NCBI GenBank assembly: GCA_963764625.1 | Contig: CAVXTH010000007.1 | Span: 1 to 64,000, forward strand | Direction: 5' to 3' | Length of the DNA stretch: 64,000 nucleotides | Origin: Candidatus Krumholzibacteriota bacterium | GTDB taxonomy: Bacteria; Krumholzibacteriota; Krumholzibacteriia; JAJRXK01 | Shown: positions 1 through 10,313 of the stretch, in pieces | Position numbering within the stretch: the first letter of the stretch is position 1 | Layout: each line of letters opens with the position of its first letter | Program-made: the position numbers and the translations under genes | The notes under the pieces: generated by a model | The model's input: the letters and a program-made list of their open reading frames with translations, nothing else | Databases searched by the model: none | What the model was told of the DNA's origin: nothing

Positions 1-62
1 GTATACAATTCGATCCGCATCGTGAATCCCCCTTCTGTACAATCTCTCCTGAGGAGTCCCTA

Positions 63-629
63 ATGAGAAGATTTATCGCGCTCTGTTTCCTCTGCTCACT
101 CGTACTGGCGATGCCAATCCAAGTCTACGCGGAGAGTACGATCGATCTGTTGAAGGAGGCGATCGGTCTCTTGGAGAAAGAGAACTATGCCGAAGCCCGC
201 GAGGTCGTGGCCATCGCTCTGGATCAGATCGACCACCAAATGCTGGATGCGACCGCCGCTCTCATCCCAGAGAAAATCGGAGAGTTCACCCGCGGTGACG
301 TGGAAACCAACAAAGCCATGGGCATGGACCTCACCGAATGCACCTATGATGACAGCAAGGGCCATACAGTACAGGTTCAGCTGATGGGAGGGAGCGGGGG
401 AGTACTGGGAAATATCGCCAATCTGGGCGCGAGCTTTGGCGGGGGGCGGAAGGTACGTGTTCAGGGTCGCTCGGGTATGTCGGTGGAAGACAATGGCGAG
501 GTTACGATCACTCTCAAACTCAAGAACGGAAAGAGTTTGATCTTTCGTTCCGACAATCTGGACGGTAAAGCGGTCAACGGATTCGCTGAAGCATTTCCCA
601 TCGCCACCGTTGACGAATCGGGACAGTAG
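63..629 (+). CDS. secreted hypothetical protein
   Basis: 188-aa ORF with RBS (gaggag) upstream and a clear signal peptide (MRRFIALCFLCSLVLAMPIQVYA); no catalytic motif recognised. Confidence 0.8.
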   Translation: MRRFIALCFLCSLVLAMPIQVYAESTIDLLKEAIGLLEKENYAEAREVVAIALDQIDHQMLDATAALIPEKIGEFTRGDVETNKAMGMDLTECTYDDSKGHTVQVQLMGGSGGVLGNIANLGASFGGGRKVRVQGRSGMSVEDNGEVTITLKLKNGKSLIFRSDNLDGKAVNGFAEAFPIATVDESGQ

Positions 630-633
630 AGCA

Positions 634-2652
634 CTACCTATAAGCCGACACGGGGTCGCTCAGACTGCCTTCCTTTCCCCCGCTGCCCACGGCGGAGATC
701 GTATAGACGTAGGTCGTTCCCACGTTCGGCTTGGTGTCCATCCAGGACGCCTCGTCACGCCCTGGCTCGGCAATGAGTTTGGCGGTACCTCCTGGAGCGT
801 GCCGGTAGATGCGATACCCGACCACACGGTCGTCGAGAATGCGGGCCCAGGAGATCTGGATACCCTTCGAAGTCGCCGTGGCACGGACTCCGGAAGGAGA
901 GGGGAGTAGCGACACAGTTTCGGGTACGTGAACAAGAAGGGGTGCGCTGCGCGCACTCCTGACTCCATTGACGTCGACCGCGACCACCGTGTACTCATAG
1001 GCCGCTCCGGCGGTCACGGTGGAATCGGTTCCGTAGTTCTGCTGCGGTGCGTACGACTCGGAGCTGAAGATCATCGCGAACTCCCCGTCGGGCATGTCTC
1101 GCCGGAAGACCGCATACCCCGCCAAAGTTGGTTCGCGTTCCAGGAACACGTCCCAGAACAGCTGCACGCGATCCGCGGCCACGATTGCTCGCAAGTTGAG
1201 AGGGGTGGAAAGCGAATAGTCCGCGGGTGGTCGCGCTGCCACGCTCTCGGAGAGTTCGCTCAGCGCATACCCGTCGCCCACGGCCCGGACCGCATAATTG
1301 TAACTTTCTCTGCTATCCAGAGTCTGCGAAGTGTCCGCGTAGCTCACCAGACCCGAATCGGGCCGAACCAGCGAGGAAATCTGTTGCCAGTCTCGTCCGG
1401 CGGAAGCGCGGTACACGTAATAGCCCAAGAGGTGCGGCCCCACGCCTTGCCACGAAACCCGAATACCCTCTTTGGTGGATTCGGCGCGAACGCGGTGGGG
1501 AGGGAGTGGGACTTCCCCTTTGGTAGCCATCGCCGCCACGACCGCGCTTGTCGCAGTCTCGTCTGCTCCCGAAGTGACGATACGGTAGTAGGAGTTTTCG
1601 TTGGCCGTGGGGACTACGTCGACGAATTCTCGTGTCTCGGGAGTCAGAGAGGCGATCCGCTGAAATGGCCCGTCGAAGCTGTCGCTGCGTTCGATTTCGA
1701 TGGAGCGAAGGTAGGACTCCCCCAAGAGCTTCCACTCCAAATGCACCTGGTGAAGATCCCCCACGGCCAGCGCGTGTAGCTTGGCTACTATGGGTACGCT
1801 TCCCGCGGGGAATGTCGATACGGTTACGGGTTCACTCGGAGCTCCGGGATTCGCGAAGTGATCGACGAACGAAGCGGTGTATTCGTAGACGGAGTTGGGC
1901 ACCACCTGGTCATCACGTGCCACTGCATAGGTCGAATCCCCTGCGGCGCGAAAGCCGGTGATCGACTGAATAGGCGCGAAATCCCCTTTCATCGCGTCAC
2001 GGCGGCGAATGAGAAGCCCGGCAGGCTCGGCATCCGCTGGGAGGAGCCACTGCAGATGCACCCGGGCTCCGTCGAAGTCTCCACCCTTAGATTTGAGCCT
2101 CTCAGGGGCGGGCAAGGAACTGTTCGCCGGCCAGCTCACCGTCTGCGTCTCTTCACCCGTACTGCCACGCTGCGCGCGGTAACGGAACTTCGCGCCACTC
2201 TTCGCGGCAGTCGCACTGGTGTCGAGCAGCGCCGTTCCCAGGGCCAGGTGCGAAAGTGGAATGTTCTGAGCCATGAGCTCGCTGACGTCATCGTGTGACT
2301 GCAGGTACTCCCAGAGACGGTCGATGCCGGCGTCGTCGAGAGGGGCCAGCCCCTCGAAGTAGGGCGTGAAGCGATGGATGCGGCCCGCGAGTTCTTCACG
2401 TGAAGTCGGTGCAGAACTCTGTCCCAGCGCTTCCTGGCCGCCAGTCTCGCGCGAAACCACGTAGGGTTCGCTCTTGGGGATCGAGCTGCCGAGGAACACC
2501 CAGATGCCGCCGGGCGATGCAACGGCCATCGCGTGGGGGCGAGTCTTTCCGTCATTCTGCGCGTACGCACTCACTGCGCCGAGGACGACGATCAGCGTCG
2601 CAACTGTTAGGACGGTCCATCTCCGTTGGGTTGTATTTCGTATCGTCGTCAT
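634..2652 (-). CDS. secreted fibronectin type III repeat protein
   Basis: Signal peptide ending AYA; repeated FN3-like units (LxW...GYxVYR...YxD...YxYxVxAV...S); ATG at 2652 chosen, ORF open to GTG 2661. Confidence 0.85.
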   Translation of the reverse strand: MTTIRNTTQRRWTVLTVATLIVVLGAVSAYAQNDGKTRPHAMAVASPGGIWVFLGSSIPKSEPYVVSRETGGQEALGQSSAPTSREELAGRIHRFTPYFEGLAPLDDAGIDRLWEYLQSHDDVSELMAQNIPLSHLALGTALLDTSATAAKSGAKFRYRAQRGSTGEETQTVSWPANSSLPAPERLKSKGGDFDGARVHLQWLLPADAEPAGLLIRRRDAMKGDFAPIQSITGFRAAGDSTYAVARDDQVVPNSVYEYTASFVDHFANPGAPSEPVTVSTFPAGSVPIVAKLHALAVGDLHQVHLEWKLLGESYLRSIEIERSDSFDGPFQRIASLTPETREFVDVVPTANENSYYRIVTSGADETATSAVVAAMATKGEVPLPPHRVRAESTKEGIRVSWQGVGPHLLGYYVYRASAGRDWQQISSLVRPDSGLVSYADTSQTLDSRESYNYAVRAVGDGYALSELSESVAARPPADYSLSTPLNLRAIVAADRVQLFWDVFLEREPTLAGYAVFRRDMPDGEFAMIFSSESYAPQQNYGTDSTVTAGAAYEYTVVAVDVNGVRSARSAPLLVHVPETVSLLPSPSGVRATATSKGIQISWARILDDRVVGYRIYRHAPGGTAKLIAEPGRDEASWMDTKPNVGTTYVYTISAVGSGGKEGSLSDPVSAYR

Positions 2653-2654
2653 GT

Positions 2655-5600
2655 CTACCACCCTGAGCTCATTCCAGCCTCATTGCCCGAGCAGGTTCCA
2701 ATCCCCAAGGACGCGTTGGAACCGCTCGTGCCCATGGACATGGTCATCTTGAGTGACTTCTGCACGGATAGCCCAGCGCACAGTTCGCAGGAGATTCCAT
2801 CAAGAGAGGGGGTTGGTACGCACTGCTGGAGCTCTCCTGCCAAGGAGATGCTCGCGCAACCTTGGAGATCGAACTGGCCGTTAGTGTTGAGAATGCCTTT
2901 CGCTCCTAGCTCCGCCGCAACTTCCCCGGTGATCTTGGTGCAAGTAATGCTCGACAGGATGAAGTAGGCGTGTACGAAGCCCATGGCTCCGATGCCTAGC
3001 TCGGTTCCTGGTCCATCAAAACTCATCCAGACGCGTGCATCCAATCCAGTTTTACCCCCGAGATGCGCGGACACCGCACCTAGATTGAAGCCGGTGTCGG
3101 GGATGCTGAACTGGGGCAGGTTCTTGCGGCCGGTGAAAAAGAAGCCCGAGATGCCTTGCTGAAACGACACGGGAATGTGCTTGTCGTACGCAAACTGCAG
3201 AAGCGTACTGGCTACCTCGGGCGGCATGGTGTCGTAGTCGCCGATCAGCATTCCCGCTTTCAAGTTACCAAACCCTGACAGGGTGACGGCGCCGCCGGTG
3301 AGGAAATACCATCCGTCCCCATCGACGCACATGTTTGCGATCCCCACGAAGTGCGTCCCCGAGAAAGTGGTGTCGATGTCGAGGGTACCTGTCATTCGCC
3401 CGTGTGGGTAGTCGTAGGTCATGGAGATGTCGCCGAAAGGCGTGGGGATGTTCTTTACGTCGACACCCTGGCCGTCAGCCGTGATGTCACCGTGAACTGT
3501 GAAGGTCTTTCGCGTGTCGCCCTGCATCCCCTTGGCGCCCTGCATGTCCCCGCTAAAGACAAACTTGGTCCAATCTTTCGAGGTGTCAGCCACGTGCATT
3601 TCACCTTCGACCGAGGCGAGCGTGGTCTTCGTCTTCCCGATGGGCAGGGTCTGTCCGAGCGGATCGACCTCGATCCAGATCTTCTTGGTCGTGCGGTGCA
3701 GCTTCGTTTTCAGTTCGACGCCTTCGCTGGACTGGATCTTTCCCTCGGCCAAGAACCCCTCGGGGCCGAGGCTCTGGGAGCCTTCGCTTTGATGGGCGAT
3801 GAACTTCACCTTGCCCGGCGCGTCGAAAGCGAAGGGTATCGGGGTGAGGTCGAGGGCGATCTTCCCCGCGTCCTTGTGGAAAGTCAGGATCGCCTGGTAG
3901 CTCTTCGCCAGTCGAGGGACTCCGAGATCGACCGTTCCTGAGATTTGAAAGTAATCGTCGTAGGCGATGAGATTCCCTGGCACGAGCGTGAAGACGTCGT
4001 AGAAGGTCACCGAGGGAGCGCTGGCGCCAAATCCTAGCAACTGGTCCCCGTTACTCAACAGATCGATGGAACTCAGGGTGAAGGCTGCGTTCTGCTTCAT
4101 GCCGGGAAGTCCGGCGAGCTTAGCCGCCGGTGTTGCACCATCCGGCAGGAGCGAGAGCTTCCAATGTCCCTTCTGATCTTCTCCCACCTTGGGGTCGTAG
4201 CCGAAGCCGGTGTTCTGCGTGAGCACCTGAAGCGGCGCCACCCCGCCCAGCGAAATGTTCTTCAGGTCGACTTGATCGACTTTCAGATTGGTCGGCGTGA
4301 TGTGGAGGCTCTTGGCAGGAACCGTGATCACACCGGTGTTGACGGTAGCCGTATCGAAAAGGATGCCGTTGGTGGAGGCATTGAGCTTCCAACCCGCGGC
4401 CGTCACCTTCCACTTTTCCAGACTGAGGGAGACCGCGCCGGGATTGTCGATCGGCAGCACTCCAGCGGGACGGGCCCGTACCCACCCGGCTGGTACATCG
4501 AGGGAAAGAGGATCCGACGTACCGACCTCAGCGTGAAGCGTGGTGTCGATCGCGAGCGTGTCCTTCCTTACGTAGGCGCCGCCTGCCTGGGCGGAAGCGG
4601 AAAAACCGAAGAGTTTGTAGGTCACGGCGCCACCCTTCGCGCTTCCACGGATCGCGTAGGAGTCTGCGTTTATCTGGCCCGGATTCGAAGCAAACGCGAC
4701 CACCGTCGTCGCGCTCGGGTGGTCCATCGGGGCGAGTTCGAGCGTGCCGGGAGCCATGCTATTGGACGAGAACGAAAAACTCGATGGATCGATGCGTACT
4801 CGGCCTCGAATCTCGCCGCCCCCGTCACCGCGAGGCGCGACCGAGATCATTTCCCCTTGTTTCTCGGGGAGAAGCTCGACATCGAAAGCATCGAAAAGCC
4901 GCAAGTTGAGCTTGGACGCCATGGTTTCCACCGGCGGATTCTGCGGGACGGCGTAGGGAACTCCCTGTCCGTCGAGCTTGGTTCCCTTCTGCAAAGACAC
5001 ATCGTGGAAAGGAAGCGTGAAGTTCGTCTCCTTGGGTTGGAAGCTCGAGTTCACGGGTAGCTTCACGAAGGAGCCGTCGATGGTCACTCCGTCGCCCTTT
5101 TCCGTGAGTGAGTTGATTTCGATCGGAATCCCGAGCAGCTGCGTGATGTCCATGTCGTTGTAGATCGTCAAATTCAAGTTCACCGGCTGATCGGTGGGGA
5201 CGGTGATTGTCTTGGAGTCGCCGACATAGGTGACCGTATTGGAGGATCGCGTGGCATGGATGGTCACTTCCGCAGGGTCCATGGGAATTCCGTGCAGAGT
5301 GTACTTACCCCCATCGGCAGTTGTGGTTTCCACCGGGATGATGTCTGAGCCCGATCCCACCTCGGCAAACACGTGCGCTCCGTCGACCGAGACGGAATCT
5401 CCAACCGTGACTACCCCCGAAATGTGCGCCGCTGGGTCGAGTACACAGCTGTAATCGCTGGCTTGGGTATTCGTCAGGTTGAAGAATTTATAGTAACGCG
5501 CAACGTAGTCGGCGTTTTCGGGCGGCGTGATCTTGGCCTTGAAAACGACACCCTGGTTGTCGAATACGAAGGTCGCAAGCCCGCGCGGATCGGTCTTCTT

Positions 5601-8354
5601 GACCTGACCCAAGAGCTCCACGGTGGCCCCCGCCAGCGGCTTGAGACTGGGCACCATGGTGAGGGTCAGTGAGCTCGTATCGATTCCGCGCAATACGGTA
5701 ATACGGACGCGGTGACGTCTCCGCACGAGCTGGAATTTGCCGAGATTCACCGGTTTGTCGGACTTTTCGATATCTACCGTGAAGGTCTTGGCAGAGTAAT
5801 CGCTGTTGTACGGGGTAACGGTCATTTTCTGGTTCTTTCCCGAGGGCGCGTGCAGGTGGAAAATCTGCGCGCCCAGGAACCAATCCGTTGCGGTGGTGAT
5901 TCCGGCGTCGAAGTGCACCTCAGCCGGAATCCCCGCGCCGGTCTCCAGGTCCGAAACGGTGCCGAAGACTTTTCCGTCGGGTTCGAGCTGCACTTCGGAG
6001 GTCAGATCCTCCTGACGTCCCCAGGCCAGAATCCCCAGGTGCTTGGTCCACGAGGAATACCCTTGTTTGTAGGCCATCAGGGTTCGATCCGGTCCCACCA
6101 AGGCTCCGCTGTCATCTTCTTGCACGTCGAGATCGTTGAAGTGGAAGTAGCCCTGCGAGCCACTCTTGGTCGACAACCAGGGCCATTGCTTCTCGGTGCT
6201 GGTTCCGGAGAAGAACTGAGAGAAAACGTCGGTTATGTTCTCCTTGTACTTGCTCTGGAGCACGAGTTGCGCCTGAGGAATCGGCGTATTGGTGTTGGAC
6301 TTGTCCATGACGCGACCGAAGATCCGTGGATGCGCCGGGCTCAGGAAGGTCTTGGTTTCGAAGGGATCCTTGAGCGAGTGTTGGCTGTTGAAAATGGGGT
6401 GCTGATTGAAGTCGGCGGGATAGGAGTAGTACCCGAGCTCGGGTTTGTAGGTGTAGTTGCCCTTGGTCGTCGAAGTCGAGGCGTAGAAGTAGTACACGTC
6501 GTTGGCGTTCCAGGGACGCACGACCCGGGTGAACTGAGCTACGCCGTTCTCATCGGCCACCGTCTGATCGACCACGTAAAAAGTTCCCTCGGGCAGAATG
6601 ATCTTGTGGTGCGTACTCGGATCACCCTCGTCGGAGGGAATCTCGGAATTTCGCGGGTGTTTGCGGAGCACCATGACCTTTGCGCCGGGGATCTTCCCTA
6701 CGGCGGCCTGATTCTGTTTGAAGATGTCCGGCACTACCGTCAGCCGGAAGCGGTAGGTCTTGACCCACGAAACCATCTTGCCCAGGTCAGTGTTGCCCCA
6801 AGGATGGATCACGATGTCTTTGTCGGGGCTGCAGTAGTACGGACTGTCGACCATCAAGCGCAGAGTACGCGTGACTTTCTTGGCCGAGAGTTCGTCCATG
6901 ATACCGTCTTGGGGATTGTACTTGTTCGCAACGAACACGCTCGCGTTCTGTTCGAACACGCCGGTGTCGAACGACTGCTCAAAGTTAAAGGAAAAGCTCC
7001 CATCGCTCTTCGTGATCGTAGTGGCAATCACCTTGTCGATGTCAGGGAATAGATCGTTCAAATCCGCGGAGGAGTAGCCTTTCTTCACCAGTTGCTTCTT
7101 GGAAAGAACGGTGTTGCTTTCATCCTTTGATCCATACGCTCCCAAATGACCGTCCAGAATGCGATAGGTCACCACGAGGCTGACCCTCACCCCACCCAGA
7201 GGCTCTGAACCCGCGGGGTCGACGAAGCCCGATTCATAGTAGGTATTGTCCGGGTTGAAGGACTGCTTCTCGACCGCACCCGAACTCGCCCCGGAGACCA
7301 ATCCGCCGCTCGTGCTGCTCGTGTTGTCATAGGCCTTGAATTTGTATGCGAGAGTTCCATGGATCGCGCTCCAGGGCGCGTTGGGCAGATTCTTAGGGAC
7401 CTCGGTATTGGCCGTGGGTCCGCTTTGGTTTCCAGTCGGCTTGACGGTGATCGGAAGCAAGAACCCGGAGATCGAATCGCCCCAGGTAAACGAGCACACC
7501 TCACTGTGTCCGCCATTGGCGAAGGGAATGTTGAGTTCGCCGTTTTGAGCCGTCACTCGCCAGGCGTAGTGACGCCCCGGTACGAACAGGGACTGCGTGG
7601 GCCCGTAGAAAAATGACGTACCGATTATGTCCTGGTCAAAGAACTCGGGCGTGGTCGCGCTCGCCATCGCTTCCTCTGGCGCCATGTCGGGATCGACCAT
7701 CTCGACGATTTCGAGCCGGTACGAAGTCGTGGCCGGAGGCGCTCCCGAGGACGGAGTCCACGCGAAGGTGACCGCCTGGAGAGCTTGCGGCGTGATCGTT
7801 TCACCGCAGGGAGGACTCAGCAGATAGGGTGGCTCGGCCGCCTTGATTTCGAACACATTGCTGCAACCCGCCGGGGGTGGAGGCGAATGGACGATCTCGG
7901 TTCTGCAGATGGACTCCGGACAGATCGACTGGAAGCACAGGCGGTAGGTGCCGGGAGGAAGGCCCTTGTCGTAGTACTGAGCCTGGGTCATTCCGGAGAA
8001 CAGCAGATTGGCAGGATCGAAGAGCGCCGTGAGGTCGGCCCCGGTGAGAAGCGTTGTCGTACTGACGGTGATGGGAAAGGGTGGACCCGGGTCGAATCCG
8101 GGCGGTGTCCTGAGTTCGATCCCGTTGTCCCCGAGGAGCTGCATGGTGAGGACGTTTTGAGCCGAACCGTCGAGGTTGGTGGCCATCAGCGTGACCCGTG
8201 TGTGATCGGCGATGGAGAAGAGGTCGTTCGTGACCGTTCCGGCTACCTGCGCCGTGATGGCAAGATCATACTGCGCAGAGGCCGGCGCTGTTCCCAGCAA
8301 TGCCATTGCCCCCATGATGATCGCAGCCACGGTGCTTTTAGAAAGACACCGCAT
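2655..8354 (-). CDS. giant secreted protein with TANFOR-like N-terminus, Ig/carboxypeptidase-regulatory-like repeats and beta-rich C-terminal region
   Basis: 1899-aa ORF, signal peptide ending ASA; LPPGTYRLCF and PPYLLSP..FAWTP..YAWRVTA..NGGHSEVCSF motifs recalled from Bacteroidota TANFOR-domain proteins; repeated G-x-V-x-D/PIPxAxV units. Confidence 0.75.
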   Translation of the reverse strand: MRCLSKSTVAAIIMGAMALLGTAPASAQYDLAITAQVAGTVTNDLFSIADHTRVTLMATNLDGSAQNVLTMQLLGDNGIELRTPPGFDPGPPFPITVSTTTLLTGADLTALFDPANLLFSGMTQAQYYDKGLPPGTYRLCFQSICPESICRTEIVHSPPPPAGCSNVFEIKAAEPPYLLSPPCGETITPQALQAVTFAWTPSSGAPPATTSYRLEIVEMVDPDMAPEEAMASATTPEFFDQDIIGTSFFYGPTQSLFVPGRHYAWRVTAQNGELNIPFANGGHSEVCSFTWGDSISGFLLPITVKPTGNQSGPTANTEVPKNLPNAPWSAIHGTLAYKFKAYDNTSSTSGGLVSGASSGAVEKQSFNPDNTYYESGFVDPAGSEPLGGVRVSLVVTYRILDGHLGAYGSKDESNTVLSKKQLVKKGYSSADLNDLFPDIDKVIATTITKSDGSFSFNFEQSFDTGVFEQNASVFVANKYNPQDGIMDELSAKKVTRTLRLMVDSPYYCSPDKDIVIHPWGNTDLGKMVSWVKTYRFRLTVVPDIFKQNQAAVGKIPGAKVMVLRKHPRNSEIPSDEGDPSTHHKIILPEGTFYVVDQTVADENGVAQFTRVVRPWNANDVYYFYASTSTTKGNYTYKPELGYYSYPADFNQHPIFNSQHSLKDPFETKTFLSPAHPRIFGRVMDKSNTNTPIPQAQLVLQSKYKENITDVFSQFFSGTSTEKQWPWLSTKSGSQGYFHFNDLDVQEDDSGALVGPDRTLMAYKQGYSSWTKHLGILAWGRQEDLTSEVQLEPDGKVFGTVSDLETGAGIPAEVHFDAGITTATDWFLGAQIFHLHAPSGKNQKMTVTPYNSDYSAKTFTVDIEKSDKPVNLGKFQLVRRRHRVRITVLRGIDTSSLTLTMVPSLKPLAGATVELLGQVKKTDPRGLATFVFDNQGVVFKAKITPPENADYVARYYKFFNLTNTQASDYSCVLDPAAHISGVVTVGDSVSVDGAHVFAEVGSGSDIIPVETTTADGGKYTLHGIPMDPAEVTIHATRSSNTVTYVGDSKTITVPTDQPVNLNLTIYNDMDITQLLGIPIEINSLTEKGDGVTIDGSFVKLPVNSSFQPKETNFTLPFHDVSLQKGTKLDGQGVPYAVPQNPPVETMASKLNLRLFDAFDVELLPEKQGEMISVAPRGDGGGEIRGRVRIDPSSFSFSSNSMAPGTLELAPMDHPSATTVVAFASNPGQINADSYAIRGSAKGGAVTYKLFGFSASAQAGGAYVRKDTLAIDTTLHAEVGTSDPLSLDVPAGWVRARPAGVLPIDNPGAVSLSLEKWKVTAAGWKLNASTNGILFDTATVNTGVITVPAKSLHITPTNLKVDQVDLKNISLGGVAPLQVLTQNTGFGYDPKVGEDQKGHWKLSLLPDGATPAAKLAGLPGMKQNAAFTLSSIDLLSNGDQLLGFGASAPSVTFYDVFTLVPGNLIAYDDYFQISGTVDLGVPRLAKSYQAILTFHKDAGKIALDLTPIPFAFDAPGKVKFIAHQSEGSQSLGPEGFLAEGKIQSSEGVELKTKLHRTTKKIWIEVDPLGQTLPIGKTKTTLASVEGEMHVADTSKDWTKFVFSGDMQGAKGMQGDTRKTFTVHGDITADGQGVDVKNIPTPFGDISMTYDYPHGRMTGTLDIDTTFSGTHFVGIANMCVDGDGWYFLTGGAVTLSGFGNLKAGMLIGDYDTMPPEVASTLLQFAYDKHIPVSFQQGISGFFFTGRKNLPQFSIPDTGFNLGAVSAHLGGKTGLDARVWMSFDGPGTELGIGAMGFVHAYFILSSITCTKITGEVAAELGAKGILNTNGQFDLQGCASISLAGELQQCVPTPSLDGISCELCAGLSVQKSLKMTMSMGTSGSNASLGIGTCSGNEAGMSSGW

Positions 8355-10086
8355 ACGAAACCTCCCCTCGTGTCTCCGTATAGGACGTCGCCCCCGCGGA
8401 CTTGGCGTTGTTGTCGTGTACGTAAAAACGTGCCGTCACCTGCTGGCGTCTTCCCTCTCTGAGCGAGGCAGTGAGCTGAAACGTGTTCGTGTCGTTCGTA
8501 TCGATTCCGTCGACGGAAGTCGTGCTCATCGTCAACGATGCACCCAAGGTGAGCTTATGCCGCAACAGTCCCACATTCGCTCCCACCAGCGGTCCCGCGA
8601 CTTTCGTTTTGCTCGTGGAAAGGTCGAAAACAGAGCGATTGAAGCCCGTGGTGAGGCTCACGTTCCAGGGGATCCAGGTGAATACATAGGCGGCGTTGAG
8701 TTGCGACGAAGTGTAACTCTGATCGACGATGCCACTCTCGGTCTTGTCCTGCATGTCCTGGAGTGACCAAACCAGCGAGAGGTTGTGAGCGGCGTGCTCA
8801 CGCACCAACGAGAGAGTCTGCGTCAAACCGATGTTGTTGGTGGCCTGCGCAATCTTGGTGGAAGTGCTGTCGATCTGGCTCTTGCTCGGTTTCTGATCGA
8901 TCGAGTAGTTCGAATAGGACAGGCCCGCCGTATACTGCGGCAGTGGCGTCCAGTCGAGCCGAGTGGAACCGATGACACGGTTGGTCTGGAGAGTCTTGTC
9001 GTCGCCGAGGTTGTCCTTCTGGAAGCCGAGACTCGCGGTGCCCCGGAGCTTGCGCTTCAGCGCGATCACGGTCGGTTCGATCGTGATCTTCTGGAGGTCG
9101 TTGTTGAAGTAGTAGGCCCCCATCGAACGGTACTTGGGGTCGATGCGTTCGAACCGGAGTTTCACCCCGCCCCATTGATCTTTCCAGTGCAGGGTTCCGT
9201 CGATTGCATTCGATTCCTGTGTGGTTCGACGATGGTCCATCAGAAAGCCAAAGGCCTTGAGCAACACTCCCTGGTAGTCACCCTCTAGAGGGCCTTCCGA
9301 GTTATCGGTGTATGCGCTCTGGGCCCATTCGAAGCTCAGCGTCAAGCGGGGTGCGAGAGCCGCCTTTGTCACCAGCCCCACCGCGAGATTTTCTTCCGGC
9401 AATGCCGTCGCCCCCGACGCCGTGATGTTCAAGGAGCTTGCGTCGTCCTTGCCGTGGACGACTACCAGGGAGGCATTGCGCTTCTCGTCACTTGCCCCGA
9501 TCCGTAGTGCGTAACCGTTGCGCTTGTAGACCGGCTGAATCAAACCGGTGACGGCAGTGCTATCGGGTTCGATGGCGCGGCGCAAACGCCCGGCAATGAA
9601 GCCGACCTGAAGTGGACCTGGCGAGAGCTCGACGCCTCCTCCCAGAATGCTGTGACCGGCCAGCGTGAAGCGTGACCAGGAGAGGCTGCGGTAGCCCACG
9701 TGAAAGGTGGCCCAGCGATAGTAGGGGCTCGCGCCGAAACGATTGAGCGGCTGCCGAAAGTCACGGCTCTGTTCGGTGAGCGTGAAACTGAAGGGCACGG
9801 TCATTCCGTAGAGTTGGAGAGTTGGGTTGCCGCGGAGGACCCAGCTATTCGGTTCTCGGCTTGCCGCCCTTCCGTCCACTCCATAGGAAGCGAGTCCGGC
9901 CGAGATGGTACCGTGGATCTTCACCTGCCCGGCGTTACCCAGAGTTTCGAGGTTTTGGGCTTTCAGTGGGGCTGCGATCAGGCAGAGGATCCCTGAAATT
10001 GCAACGGCGAGAGTTCGCAACGCGCAAGTCCTGTGGATGGAAGCAAAGACAGGACGAGAGGATGAAAGGATTCGATAAGAACTCAT
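8338..10086 (-). CDS. putative outer-membrane beta-barrel protein
   Basis: 582 aa, signal peptide, many amphipathic beta-strand-like segments, C-terminal GEVSYAVSF ending in Phe (BAM-type signature). Confidence 0.75.
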   Translation of the reverse strand: MSSYRILSSSRPVFASIHRTCALRTLAVAISGILCLIAAPLKAQNLETLGNAGQVKIHGTISAGLASYGVDGRAASREPNSWVLRGNPTLQLYGMTVPFSFTLTEQSRDFRQPLNRFGASPYYRWATFHVGYRSLSWSRFTLAGHSILGGGVELSPGPLQVGFIAGRLRRAIEPDSTAVTGLIQPVYKRNGYALRIGASDEKRNASLVVVHGKDDASSLNITASGATALPEENLAVGLVTKAALAPRLTLSFEWAQSAYTDNSEGPLEGDYQGVLLKAFGFLMDHRRTTQESNAIDGTLHWKDQWGGVKLRFERIDPKYRSMGAYYFNNDLQKITIEPTVIALKRKLRGTASLGFQKDNLGDDKTLQTNRVIGSTRLDWTPLPQYTAGLSYSNYSIDQKPSKSQIDSTSTKIAQATNNIGLTQTLSLVREHAAHNLSLVWSLQDMQDKTESGIVDQSYTSSQLNAAYVFTWIPWNVSLTTGFNRSVFDLSTSKTKVAGPLVGANVGLLRHKLTLGASLTMSTTSVDGIDTNDTNTFQLTASLREGRRQQVTARFYVHDNNAKSAGATSYTETRGEVSYAVSF

Positions 10087-10313
10087 GACGATCGGCCACG
10101 ACGAGCTGCCCCGTCACCGCCAAGGGGCAGGCTATTCTTCGTCATGATGATGGTCAAGAAGGAAACTTGTGGGTGGAAACTGGAAGAGATTGGGAGTGCG
10201 ATCTCTTTTGAAGAATGAGAAGATGCTGATCAGCTGGTCGATGTGGCCTAGGGTGGACGTCTGCACGAACATCAGCTGAGTGTCGTGAAGAGCTTTCGCA
10301 AGGAGGAGCGTCC

